Part shown: positions 39,826 to 52,699 of the stretch, piece by piece
How the letters are laid out: each line of letters begins with the position of its first letter
Position numbering within the stretch: the first letter of the stretch is position 1
Assembly: GCA_002633005.1 (NCBI GenBank)
Contig: NMRA01000183.1
Coordinates: 604,397-668,396, forward strand
DNA length: 64,000 bases
Direction of reading: 5' to 3'
Origin: Phoronis australis
Taxonomy: Eukaryota > Animalia > Phoronida
Notes under the pieces: model-generated
Told to the model about the DNA's origin: nothing
The model's input: only the letters and a program-made list of their open reading frames with translations
The model's database searches: none
Position numbers and translations under genes: made by a program

Positions 39826-40410
39826 CCTCGCTGGTTCCTCAAGAGCCGCTAGGTGGTCGGTAGCCAGCACACAGGTATCACTTAATTTTACACGGAAATT
39901 TTTTTACACCGGCATTTCTGATTGGCTAGTCAAATTCTCAACAGGCAGCGCTTTACGCAAACAAACTGACATGACTGGTGGAGCAAGTCTAAATGTGGTC
40001 TGTTGTACAGAGAAATCGGTGTTTAAAATTTATGTTCAGGAAATCTAACCCAGAAATTGTGGTTGCGCCTTTTCGGAGTCCATCTGTATACTGTCGATGA
40101 CTTTTGTTTACGCTACTGTCCTGTATTCATACAGTATAAATAACACCGCACCGGTTAAATCGGCCATATATGTGTTTATTGTACATGTAATGCTTCAAGC
40201 ACGCGACTATTTAAACATCACTTCAGAAACAAAATAGTTGCTGCTACGCCACGTGCATGACAAGGCTAAAAATCGTTCATAGTCCGCCATTTTTCCACGT
40301 TGTTAAAAAATTTAACCAATGACTGCCGAGGTTGCACCAACCAATGCTAAAGCGCGTGCTACTGCGTGATACCTTCGTGCTGGCTAGGCACGTAGGGAAC
40401 CAGCGAGCCA
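39826..40410 (+). mobile_element. MITE, paralogue of 37163-37615
   Basis: TIR CTCGCTGGTTCC / GGAACCAGCGAG and a colinear body. Confidence 0.8.
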
Positions 40411-40817
40411 TGGTGACAACAGCTACTTACAGACAATCGAAATCTGGTGAAACAGCCTTTCTGGAATAAGTTTGCACAATTAGCTGTATCTAGCTCATTG
40501 GTTTGCATGAGAATACGTGGTGTTGATCTTTTGTTGTATTACTAGACGCAACGAGGAGCATTGAAATGCGCCCACGATTGCATCGCAAACGGTGTGTTTC
40601 TATGGGTGTTTTAGTATGATAAAATGGCCATTAGATGGCTCGGAATGCGCCAAACCCAACCGAATTGAGCAGGTGGCGTCGTCTCTGTCAAGGAACTCCT
40701 AAGATGTAGAAGTAAACGCAAAAAAAACAATTGACACTAGGGGGCTAAGATATAGTCTGATTTGTCGGAAACTCGTCGTCACCTGCTGCCATCTCCATAG
40801 AAGCCATCAGCCGATTT

Positions 40818-41796
40818 CAGTGGCGGATCTAGGATATCACAAGGGGGGCCAACATTTTGTCCGGCTGTAAGCATTTGCGGAAACTGAACCACGATTGTAG
40901 ATGCGCATAGCACCGAATGGGGGAGGTCGGGAGGGGCAAACCCCCCTCCCGCTCAGGAAATTTTTCTGTTTTTACCTCTAAAAATCAAGCATTTTCATTG
41001 ATTCCTGAAGTATTCTCTAAGACAAAAAAGGCAAAAAAAAAACGGGAAACGTGTCAAACCGACTAGAACTCACGACCTGGGGCACAGCGCGGGCGTGCGT
41101 TACCACTACACCACCACGATTTAACTACTACTCTCATGCAAAAAGACCTACTTGTTTATGGTCCACTGCGTTTGCGTGCGAAACCTACTTCTTTTTGTAA
41201 TGCTTATTACACGTTTTGTGCCATCGATTCTTAACAAATTTGTCGTATTTAAAATAGTCTTCAAATGCCCAAAAGACCAAATCCGTTTTTCTTGTTGGCA
41301 ATAATGACGGGATTGCTTTGGAAATCGTCTTAAGATAAGGTTTGACAAAGAGAGTATTGCGAGTTTCTGAGTGATTCACTAAGGCTTCGATTAAAATTCA
41401 CATCTTACCAGCAGCTTCTGTTTTTTCATCGTCACTCAGGTTCCATTTTCTTTAAAAAATGAAGTAAATTTTCTTCATTGCACAGTGGAGCAGACGACGG
41501 AAACGGAGTCGTAGTGCGCAGCGCCACTGCCGGTCGCCTGGGATATCGCGGGAGAGCCTATACTTAGCCATAGTTCCGTTACAAATGCGCCGTGTTCCGA
41601 ATTTGACACTTGAAATTTGAGCCCCCCCCCAAACACTAAAACTGCACACATTTAAATATTTTTTCATCCGTATAATTTTAATTACTGGGGTTAATTAATA
41701 AACTCAACATATCCCTACGCTCTTGCTGTTTTATTTTTTTGCGGCAGCCAGTGGGGGGGGGGGCGGGCTCCCTGGGCCCCCCTAAATCCACCTATA
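40818..41796. mobile_element. G-rich non-autonomous element (CAGTGGCGGATCTAGG...CCTAAATCCACC) carrying an internal tRNA-like segment (41052-41116, minus strand)
   Basis: Imperfect TIRs. Minus-strand A-box GTGGTGTAGTGG and B-box-like GAGTTCTAGTC. Confidence 0.55.
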
Positions 41797-41799
41797 GGA

Positions 41800-43138
41800 A
41801 TTTTACAATGATCCTTCGAAGGGTTAAAGAGATACAGCTATACTGTAGGTACAAAAAGCAAAATTGGCCAAAGGGGGCGCCAGAATAGTCAAAAGCATCT
41901 GCAAATCAACATCAGCCAGGGTCTTCACATGAGGAGCACAACCGGAAATTTTCATAATCGTCCTTTGAGTGGTTTGGCAGATAGAGCGGCAGACGTAAAA
42001 AACATGCGAAAATTTTTAATGGCCACTAGGTGGCGCAGAAAACATCAAATCTTCAGAAAATGGGTGGACGTTGTCATCTCCTTATTAGAAACTTATTTGC
42101 CGAATTTTGAGAACATATATTCACGAACTCTGAAGATACGTAAAAAAGATTTTGCTACTAAGGGTCACAGTGGTATTTGGATTAGTTCGACATCTGTTAC
42201 CGTTTGTCGTTGGCTCCATTGGAACACACCTTTCAAATTTCACAAACTCTTTCAAAGGGTTGAGGAGAATCGGCGTCAGACGCAAAAAACACCACTAGGG
42301 TGCGACACAGTCGTTGTCTTCTCACCAGGAACACATCTGTAAATTCTAATAACGATCCTTTAAGCGGTATGGCAGATAGGGAAGTGAACGCCAGAAAACA
42401 GATAACAAAAATGGCCACCAGTTGGCGCAGAAATCAAACTTATCCAAAAATGGAAAGGCGCTGTGTTCTCCTTTATAGAATCCTGTTTACCGTATTTCAT
42501 GAGAAAGCATTACTGAAATCTAAAGATCGAGAGCCAAACGTAAAAGACACATTTTGCCACCAGCGGGCCCAGTTCGACACTCGTTACCGTTTGTCGACGG
42601 CTACATAGGAATATATCCTCACAAAGCTCCTTCAAAGGGTTAAGGAGATTCGGACGCAGACAAAAAATGGCCACTAGGGTGTGACGCAGTAGTCTGTCCC
42701 GCCCTAAAGTCAACGTAAATCGTGGTTCTTTCATCAGCAATACGTCCTGTACTTTTTATAATAATCCTTTGACCGGTATGGCAGATAGAGAGGCGGACGC
42801 CAGAAAACGGACGCAAAAATAACAAAAATCTCCACAAAGTGCCGTAAAATTCGTCGATTCCGTCCGGAAATGGAAAGGCATCAGCACCGCTGTATTAAGA
42901 ATCCATTTGCCGAATTTCATGAACATTCGGAGATAAAGAGGCAAGCGCATAAAAATAAAATTGCCACTAGGGGGCACAGAGGTATTCGGGTCCGTTCCAA
43001 AGTCGTGGCCATCTGTCGTTAGCCACATAGGAACATACTTGCCAAATTTCAATAAGATCCTGAAAGGTAGGAGATATATCCGCGAACGCCCAGACAGAGA
43101 TGGCGGCTATGTGCACTCATATATAAATAGGACATAAA
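41800..43138 (+). repeat. Degenerate tandem array (about 140-nt subunits, higher-order period about 400 nt), probably the body of a Helentron-like element; related array at 52700-53400
   Basis: Recurrent ATCCTTT...GGCAGATAGAG...AAAATGGCCACYAGNTGGCGC units. Confidence 0.65.
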
Positions 43139-43827
43139 GAGCAGCTCGTAATTAAGATAAAGCGAGATGAAAAAGTATAACAGAAGTTAGTGGATCTTAT
43201 TTATTTAGGACTTGTTCTCGCAACCGGCCACTGAAGCGTAGCCTGACGGTTGTAATCGGCAGCTTATACTAAATATGCACACGTCTGTGTTTACAGCTGT
43301 CAGTGCCGGGGGTAACTGACGGCACCTATAGGAAAGCTCCTCGTGTACGTAAGATGTAGGTATTCTGTGTTCGAGTGTGTTGTACTTTATGTACCTGTGA
43401 ACCATGTCTATTGCCCAGTTCACATGTCATAATCCTAACATTTAAGCTACAAGTTCAACTCTGACCTCGAACTATCGACTATGTGTTGGAGTTTATAGGT
43501 AGAATCTAACGCCACCAAGTGAGAAACTCATCTGCGTAAACTGTCCTATACTCGAACACACGATGTACATATTATATGCATCTTGAATTATGGTATTAAA
43601 TAGAACAATAAGAGTGATTCTGGAAATAGTTTGGACTACATGTTCAAAAAATAGCCCCCAGGTGCAAGTCGAAGGCCTACTGGTTAGCAGGTGAGAGCGA
43701 ATTTTGCTTAGAACACAATTTGCTGTAAAATCGAACTCACAACCCCTTCCGTTGCAGTATGCACACAAATCAATTCTGGTTTGTGTTACTGACATCACAG
43801 TGATGTGTGACCAACTTTTATTCACAG

Positions 43828-44192
43828 GTAAAGGGTCTAAATCACCGCCGAATAGTCCGAAAGTTAACGACGGCCTACAAGAGAAAAAGAAGTCAATTCT
43901 AAAAAGAGAGGCAATAAGTACAGACGAGACTGAGAAGCTACTCAAAGAACCATTTAAAGACAATAACGAACAGCGGTCAAAGCGAGTTGACTTAAATGAA
44001 ACTGGTAGGAATGTTAACAGTACGAAGCTGTTCCCCGCCAATGCAAACGTTGATGAACTACTGGCGAACCATTCGAACGTGGACGAACCTGTGACACAGC
44101 AGTGTGACAGCAATAACCACGAGGTAGATGTCATTCACTTACGAGACTCTGATATTATGAACGTTGTGAGCTCCCTCAAGTCAGACAGCTAG
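43828..44192 (+). CDS. Shab: Shab/Kv2 coding exon 4 (terminal)
   Basis: Acceptor CTTTTATTCACAG| in phase 1. Open hydrophilic frame KGSKSPPNSPK...SSLKSDS*. The four exons total 2352 nt (783 aa plus stop). Confidence 0.7.
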
Positions 44193-45697
44193 CTCAGGTG
44201 TTCGTGGACGTTACTGACATGCGAGTATTTATTACGTAATCCAAATGCACATTTCGTACCTTTCCATCAACCCGCATTATTAACGGTAGGAAAAAGAGTC
44301 ACATGGTGATAGTTTTTAACTCTAGGGAAATTCTCTCAGGTCCTTTGAAAAAATACGGGGCGGTTGCCCCCACCCCTTTGTTAGCCACCCATGGACTTGT
44401 CGTATGACTGAATTGCGTAGCTGTGTGGATAGCGTTCCTCTCCGAGAGGAAATTCGAGAAAATGAAAATGCTCGAGAATCTCCGGATGGGAAGGGTCACT
44501 TGACAGTTAATGTTTCTCAGAAAATCTCTGGTTATCCAGAGGACCTCCGGTATTTGCGTAGTTACACATTTCCTCTCGGGAGTGAATGTTTCTGCCCATG
44601 TGCGAACTTCAGTTACGCAGCTACACATTCTCCACTAGAATTTGAAGGATTGTGGGACAGCTGACGTCACGTAACACCGCTAGTAGCCATGGCTAAACGA
44701 TTTGCGTGTCATAGATGTGAGTTCATGTAGCATCTATCCAAACTCGACTGCATGGTCACCGAGCAGGTGGTCACTTACGTGACACTCTCTGAATTCTGGA
44801 TTGGTTGACCCGTAACCCAAAAATCTGCCATTAGCTCTATATTGGACACGCGTTGTCTGTAAGAAGGTTAATGATTGAAGCTCGCACATGCGCGGAAAAA
44901 GTTCACCTCCCAGCAAAAATTTGAGATTGCGAAAATACCTGTGTTATTCCGAATGAACTTTATCTTAAATTAACGTTGATTTAGACAATCATGCACTGTT
45001 ATGTGAGTAATTCTGTCCTAGAAGAACGCGAGCGTTCCACATCAAAATTCAAGGCTACATGTACTTGTCTATGATCTACAAGATGGAAAACTCTTCCGGA
45101 TATAGCACAGTTTTGGAAAACTAGAAGTTTTCACGTCATTTTTCAATCCATTAAATACGTGTGCGTTTATGCATAATAATCACACAGCATATAGTTATGA
45201 ACCCCGGATGTTGCCGCACAATCTCAGTTTTATAATGCACACTTCATTTCCCATGCAGTGAGCTAATTTATTAAACTAACAACTAAATAAGCATAGTTCG
45301 TTAAAACTTGAGATTGTTTCCATGAAATGGATAGGTATATACTCAAATGCAATGCGCAGTTTGGTTTACTTGTGTTTTATGTTTTAACAAAAACCAAAAT
45401 GTCAGAAGTCATTCCGTATTTCCATGTAGTCATTTTTGTTACAAGAATTATTACTGTATCAGCATGGAGGTAGGGTAATGTCTGACAACCGATTTCAGAA
45501 TGCTTATGTAAGTGTTACGCTTGATCTACATGTATGCCACGTCAATAAACTGGTCAGTTTGAGTAATGCAGTCGGGCATGTAACGAAATCGAAATTGTTT
45601 TTGATACTTCCGAACTCAAGATTAATAACTATTATTCTGTGCTTCACGACATTATGATTTACGGGGATGACTGCCTTGCACATGATGACCTCAGGAA

Positions 45698-46619
45698 TAG
45701 ACCTAATTCACGCGGCGGACATTATAATCCAAAGCGAGACTCACTGCGATAAACAAATCGGAAGTTGACATTGTGTGAGTTAAATGGCCGGTCTTGCGAG
45801 TCCAACCTGGTTATTAAATTTAAAAATGTGTCGATAATTAACCACAGAGACGTAGACCTAATACGTCCATCCAACTTAGCATAACCTCGTTTTAGAGCTC
45901 AATTTCAGTTAACTGGACAGAGCAAGCATAGTTATCATGTTTCTTTAGGAGCTTCGTTCATCCGAGGGGAAAAGTGCTTGTGCCTTCTGACTGAGAGGGG
46001 ATTTTTTTTGCCGAGTAAGGAGAAAAATCTAACTCCCGATCATATAGCACCTCCGCCCTGTTGCAAGCTATCATAGGCTCTGTCTCAAGTGGCATTTTGT
46101 GCTTTTTCATGTGATTTGAACTTGGCGGGAGAGAACTAGTGGAAATTTTAGGGCCTCATGGGGGGTACTGATTTCGGGGGATTTTCAATAATTTGGAGAA
46201 GGGAATAGGGCCGATATTCGGCTCCAAAATCGATGGATTGAAGGTCCTGACCTTTTTTGAAGGAAAAATGCATCATCTTTCAACCTGCAGTCATGAAAAG
46301 GCAGTCTGACTGGCCGAAGATTCTCCGGTCGTTACTTGCAATGATGCTCGGCAACCGAGACGCGACAAAATATGATCGAACTTTTCGAAAACATAAATTT
46401 TATACGGGCATATTTTCCGTCCTCGCGGCGTATGGCAACGACCCAACGCTTCCGAATCTCAATGTCCTTAGGGATTGTAAAGCAGACAGTTGAGTGTCCG
46501 TATTTTTTCTAGCCGATCGAGCACTACGCGGAATACAACCAGTATGCCGATAAGCCAACAGAGCTATCGTAGCGAGCCTCGTTTAGGAACGCGCTTCCTG
46601 TCGGCGTGAATCAGGTCTA
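45698..46619. mobile_element. Non-autonomous TAG..CTA-ended DNA transposon
   Basis: TAGACCTAATTCACGC versus GCGTGAATCAGGTCTA. The flanks GAA/CAA are only an imperfect TSD. Confidence 0.65.
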
Positions 46620-46761
46620 CAACACTCAAGTCTGAACTCCAAATTTCGAGTTAGCTCTCGAAATCTCAAGATTCTACTCGACTTTGTATTTCGGACTTAC
46701 GGATTATCAAGAAGAAACTAGCCACTCATCAGCGTGAACCGTTACATACTCGAGCAGAGAA

Positions 46762-47341
46762 AAACAGACACAAAGAAAATATTCTATTATGAACTCTGTT
46801 TCGTGAAAGGTGACAGGGATAAGACAAACAGAAACAAAGAAAATATTCTATTGTGAACTCTGTTTCGTGAAAGGTGACAGGGATAAGACAAACAGACACA
46901 AAGAAAATATTCTATTGTGAACTCTGTTTCGTGAAAGGTGACAGGGATAAGACAAACAGACACAAAGAAAATATTCTATTGTGAACTCTGTTTCGTGAAA
47001 GGTGACAGGGATAAGACAAACAGACACAAAGAAAATATTCAATTGTGAACTCTGTTTCGTGAAAGGTGACAGGGATAAGACAAACAGACACAAAGAAAAT
47101 ATTCTATTGTGAACTCTGTTTCGTGAAAGGTGACAAGGATAAGACAGACAGACACAAAGAAAATATTCTATTGTGAACTCTGTTTCGTGAAAGGTGACAG
47201 GGATAAGACAAACAGACACAAAGAAAATAGTCTATTGTGAACTCTGTTTCGTGAAAGGTGACAGGGATAATACAGACAGACAGACACAAAGAAAATATTC
47301 TATTGTGAACTCTGTTTCGTGAAAGGTGACAGGGATGAGAC
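46762..47341. repeat. 64-bp minisatellite, about 9 copies
   Basis: Unit AAACAGACACAAAGAAAATATTCTATTGTGAACTCTGTTTCGTGAAAGGTGACAGGGATAAGAC. Confidence 0.95.
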
Positions 47342-47387
47342 ACACATTTGGTCATAGGCTCCACACAGCTTTTTCTGAAAAATAACG

Positions 47388-47517
47388 AATTCTCTCTGCA
47401 AAATTTATGACAATACAAACGCTAGTCACTGACGTACGTTACTCCTCATAACTAATTCTCTCTGCAAAGTTTATGACAATACAAACGCTAGTCACTGACG
47501 TACGTGACTCCTATAAT
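47388..47517. repeat. 66-bp tandem duplication
   Basis: AATTCTCTCTGCAAA...GTCACTGACGTACG occurs twice. Confidence 0.85.
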
Positions 47518-49772
47518 AGTTGTGATTCGATCATAATTTCTAAATAGTTCTGAGGTGGGAGCATAACACCAAATTTCTGCTTGAATTCTTCAGTCACATT
47601 CATAATACAGACACCTGGTCTAAATTATGTTGCGAGTCACACGATGATTCATAATGAAATACGCGAAGGTAAGGATAGTGTACACAATTTTGCAAGCGTT
47701 TCTGTGGTAGCCTTTCGAAGTCACAGCAGCGACCACATGTAGATTGTGGCCCTTAGGCCTACTTTGTGTTGTCTAGGCTTCGCAATATGTGACCAGGGTA
47801 GGCCTACTGTGTCATGAAAAGTGACTTATTTTCTAAGTCTGAAATTTGGTCTTGGTATTTGTAACACAGGACATACGTTCAATTCCAAAGGCCGGGGAAT
47901 GAAAACAACCTTCTCCGAAGCCTGTCGCAAGCGAAGTGCCAGGCACAGTAACGCCCGCATGGCCAACGCAACAAAGGCTATAAAGCGCCCTAAGACGAAC
48001 AAAGACAAGCATAGCAATAATTGAAGAAAAAAAACAAATAAACAATCATAACAATTACTAATGTCCCGTCACATTTTCCTGAAAATAATTAAAATGTACT
48101 TGAGCAAAAGTACAGTCTCTGATAATATACATAATAACTGTTAGTTACTGAGATAATTTCTATAAATTATTGCTAGACTGGCATACGCTCATAATTACTT
48201 GGCAAAAATATTTGCCACTTGTTAAGTAGTAGCCCAAGACCATATTTTTGTTTTAAGTCATTTTTTCATGAAAAAAGAGTTCCGCAGACGATAGAATCTC
48301 ACGAAGAAATGTAGCGTGATCATGGTTAGTGGGCAATGTGGCCTGGTTGGATAAGTATGCGCACTGCTAGACCTTTGAGTCAATTCTCTGGTCCCTCAGC
48401 TAGGTGTTATCTTTATATTACTAAAGCATAAACGTGGTTCCAGGTGATTAGGGCAATGGGCGCACCTGAGAGACCTGCGCACGTGTAGTACGTGTACCAG
48501 ATCGCTTGCAAATAGTTTTTAGTGAACATATGCTTAATAGCGCGTTTTTGCGAGGTTCTGACGTCTACGGAACGCGCACCAGGTTTTATATACCTGTTTA
48601 TGGAATTGTGAAAGTTGCGGGAAAGTTAGACGTTGAAGCCTCCAATGAAATACGGTTGATGTTTATGTGTTTAATCAATTTCTTGCCTTGTTGATCCAAC
48701 TCAGTTAACCTGAGACGGTGTGACTAGACATGGATATTATTTGTCCATTATTTACATTGGTTAGTTAAGGATTGTTTAAAGCATCTTGTTTTTGTTAATT
48801 TGTTACTAATAAAGGGTTTCCTCAAAAACAGTTTTTGCTACCCTTCTAAGGTGTGGAAGCATGCTTAACACGAGGCAAGCGTTCGTACACAGACATTTCT
48901 ACCATTCACACGAACGTTTCTCATGAAACAGCCACTTAAGTAAGCTACACAGGTAAATTGACATAAAATACTTCAGAAGCAAAACGCTTGGTCAGATACA
49001 AAGATATTTATTGACTGACTCAGGCACTCCTGCGTAGTATCAACCATAAGCTAGCCGCCTATAAAAATCGTTGAGAGTCACAATTCATAACAATAGTTTA
49101 TGTCAGTTTTACAACGGAATGGCTTGCTTGGACACGACTGTGACGTTATAATTACACATTCTAAGTGTACGAGATTAATTCTAAATGGTTCAGGCCTATG
49201 CGCCAGTGACCCCTATAGTCTATAGTCGGCAACACAGCCACAGAGTACAATGTGCATATCTGTGCCGACCATGTCAGCTTATCAAAATGAACCGCTCGGA
49301 CTGAGCGACACCTGGAGAAATGGAATGAACAACTTAAAATTGAGGTGGTCTACGAAAACAGAAGACCCACGTCTCGACCATGGCAAAGACGTCGATGATG
49401 ACGATGGCAACAAAACCCGGCGATGATGCCGTCAGGAACACAATGCCACAACAGCAGGTCAACAAAAAAAACACGACCGACGACAGAGTATGTACTTGAG
49501 AAATTCTTTTTGTTCAGTAATAATTAGCATACATGTGCAATTATTTGATTAGTTTTCACTGAAAGATTTGCCATCATAGGCCAGCAAATGGGCTTCTGAA
49601 AAATGTGGAACAATTTGTTTTTCAAAGACTTCAGATGAGCACCAAAACAAACGCTTCTGCGTGCTATATGGAACACGCTTGGGGCATGTCCGTAATTATT
49701 CACCAATAAGCAATGATGCACCTGCTTAGTTACCCGCTTTCGCATTTGTTCCTATGCCGCATGATGCTTAAC

Positions 49773-49930
49773 CAGGGCCTGGTTGAGTTGCATGAAAGTT
49801 ATACGCTGTATAGCAACAATGACGCGGCAATATCACGCTTCAAGTTGTTATTGTTGAACAACGCACCTGACGTCATTCAATAATCAAACTTATCCAGCGG
49901 ATAATTTTGAAGTTTTATGCAACTCTGCCA
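49773..49930 (-). mobile_element. MITE, inverted paralogue of 18337-18492
   Basis: Reverse-complement similarity over the full length. Confidence 0.7.
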
Positions 49931-50789
49931 TGGACAACAACACGCCACGAAATTCAAATAAGAACAGTCGCCTTATGGTAAGAGGACATCTTCGTTACCA
50001 AGGATGGAATTACTTGAATAACATTCGTTTATAGTAGAGGCACAAATACATGTTAAACTACACGCGTTTTGATCTGGGTGACAGTTTTAGTAGCCGAGGT
50101 TACCGTGCCGACTAAATATTTTCACTCAGCCCAGCAACCGAGGCTAATAACATTCACCTAAATAAAACGTGTGTAGCTCAGCATACTTGTTCCACGTATT
50201 GAAAGTTTCGATCCTTTTTTCGCCAACCCCCGTGTAACACGCTTGTCACGTGACAGTGCAAATAGCCTTGTACACCTGTGGGCTATTACACCGGCAAAAG
50301 AAACGGTTATTGCATGGACGTGTGAAGGCGAATGAGGTATTACTACGTTTTTTTTTAATATTTCACGATCATAGAATCTTCGGGTGAACAAAAACAATGA
50401 CTAGGTTGTCCAAATCATGGGACTGTCTTCTTCACAGAAATATAAAGACGTCAAAATTCCTTGAAAAAGCAGGGAAGTCTTAATTTTTGACATCCGAGCT
50501 CTGCAACGATTTTGATGGTGACAAGAAATTGCAAATTTCATGTAGCACCGTGTTTCTGGGAAATCCGACAATCTCCAGGAAAGTTAAGTTATTTTTACAA
50601 AGAATACTATTATGTGACCATTGCTTTCAAGCACCAAAACATTTTGTGTTCATCGAGTATTTTAAACATATTACGAGTAGTTTTACATGTATAGGTCTAT
50701 AGTATATACATTTACTCATTCAAGAAATTGTATCCTTGGTAAAGATGGTTTCATATTGCAATTCACAAACGATTTGTAAAACCAAGTAT

Positions 50790-51940
50790 CTAAAGGCCTA
50801 GCGATAATGCGTCGTGAACCACCTCAGCAACCCGAATGTTCATCAGTGCGCCGGTGTCGTCGGCATTCGCCGCCAATGACAACCAAAATTCTGCTGCCGC
50901 TTCGACCTCGTGTGCGTTATCCAACTTTGCAAGGGAAGAGGGATCAGCCAGAGTATGATGGAGGTTATAGAGTGACCTAAGAATACCGAACAGTGCAGTG
51001 TTTCTGAACATTTCCTTGAGAACGTCGTAGGTGAAGCCCGTCGAGTCTGTGCCCACGTGATCTAACGTATTGATGAACGACTTGTGATACAGCCGCAAGA
51101 GATCATTGAGGTGTTGTTTTCTGGTTTTCTGCGTCGTGCTCGTGAACAAAAAGTAGGATAAGTCAGTGGTGGGAAGAGCATAGCGCCACATTTGAAAATC
51201 AATTAGTCTTACGTCAACTGGACGGCCGTCTAAACCGTATCGAAACATGACGTTGTTTCCCCAAAGATCTCCGTGGCAAATAACGCCAAACTGCTCCGTA
51301 GGGTGTGTGAGACACTCCTTCAGAGCAGCGTATGGGTCCTTTCCCATTTTGATAAAGGCGTTCGCAAGTTTAATTTTCGATTCATCGTCATCGGTAATGG
51401 CACTAAAAACCGCAACCGAGTTTTTGAAAGCGTTTACCAAGTCTACGTCGTAACGGAGTTTATCAACGTATGACTCTTTCAACAAAACGTCGAACATACT
51501 GTCAGCGAATTCTTCGTGGATAATTTGATCGTTGCCTCTTTTATATGCAAAGGACAGCGCGTGTAACTTCGCCAGTTCTTTCATGACCAAGTGGCAATGG
51601 TCGTAGTCTAGACCTCGTTTGAAGTCCGCCAATTTGAAGTCCATTAGCCGTAAGTCTTCCATCATCAGTAGAGACCCAATCTCGTTCTCTCCACCGAAGT
51701 AATACTTGGGCAAAGCTGGTTGCCAGGGTAACACATTGCGCTCTCGCTGGAAATTGCCTAAGGCTGGGACCACGGCGGAGTAGAATCCAATCTCCTTCTT
51801 AAACAACTCTCCTTCCTCAACGATGCTGCGAGTGTGAGGGTCATCCGTGAACACTTTCACGAGGACGTCAGAAGACTTTATGTGGGCTCCTTGTTTGAAA
51901 ACTGCATTCACTCCATAAACAGCAGACATAAAACCCTCAC
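50790..51940 (-). CDS. Ecdysteroid-kinase-like (EcKL / choline-aminoglycoside phosphotransferase fold) protein, coding exon 2
   Basis: LFKKEIGFY, LMMEDL, ELAKLHALS, ICHGDLWGNNVMF and LIDFQ..RY..P..DL.YFL motifs. Acceptor TTTCCAG| at 51941/51940 (phase 1) lies upstream of the ORF-track ATG. Confidence 0.9.
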
Positions 51941-52183
51941 CTGGAAATTATCAAATACCGTTAATGCATGCCATAGTCTATTTCATGAAATCTTACGCCT
52001 GGCAATGGCGAGGTTCTAACATTTATTACATTCTTGGAATGTATTTACAAACTTAGTTACTTAGTATTTTGATATCTCTGCAACCCTCTTGACCACCTTG
52101 AAATGCTCTGAAGCAAACTTAATTGTTAGGCCAATCATCAACGTTTTAACTAAATCCTTGTTTGGAAGATGTATTACATACTA

Positions 52184-52329
52184 CATGGGCGGCGCACCAT
52201 AGGGGGCTGGGGGGGGGCTATAGCCACGACTTTTTACAGTGCTACGCAGCACATAGTCTATAGGCGATGCACCACAGGGGGCTGAGGGGGCTTTAGCCCC
52301 CCACTTTTTTCACTGCTGCGCCGCCAATG
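52184..52329. mobile_element. MITE, paralogue of 35380-35509, 5-bp TSD TACTA
   Basis: CATGGGCGGCGCA / TGCGCCGCCAATG. TACTA at 52179-52183 and at 52330-52334. Confidence 0.85.
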
Positions 52330-52699
52330 TACTAAGATAGAAACATTTTCAGAGTTATAACGCTACCATAACATTGGTTATGGTCATCAAACACGTGCTA
52401 CTAACTCGCTACTGAACATAGCATGGGTCATCTATTGCGTTTCTGTTACACTAATACGTGTACTTCTTCGTTTCAATTATCTCTCTGTTGTAAAATTGGA
52501 AGAAATTCTTTGAATCTCGCACCCAGTAAAAATGGAAAGAGACGAAAAAAAGAATGCAAATCACGGGCAATTTCTACCAGTGACTGTCCACTCTGGTTCA
52601 CGTATATTATGGAGCATTGGTGTGTGCATCATGACTGAGCCCAAGCATGAGCTCCGTTGTATTTTGTCGGATCCATCCGAAAGTTCGCTCATGCCGTCC

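Noticed and set aside
43493-44134. 213-aa minus-strand ORF
   Set aside because: Antisense to Kv2 exon 4, whose splice phases support the plus strand.
44190-44309. Possible stop-codon readthrough of Kv2 (TAG-C followed by 38 open codons)
   Set aside because: The length is within chance expectation, the context is not a strong known readthrough motif, and no conservation data are available.
46762-47341. Regular repeats resembling a CRISPR array
   Set aside because: Contiguous 64-bp units without unique spacers, in an animal genome with no cas genes. The same applies to the 18-, 23-, 27-, 39- and 51-bp arrays.
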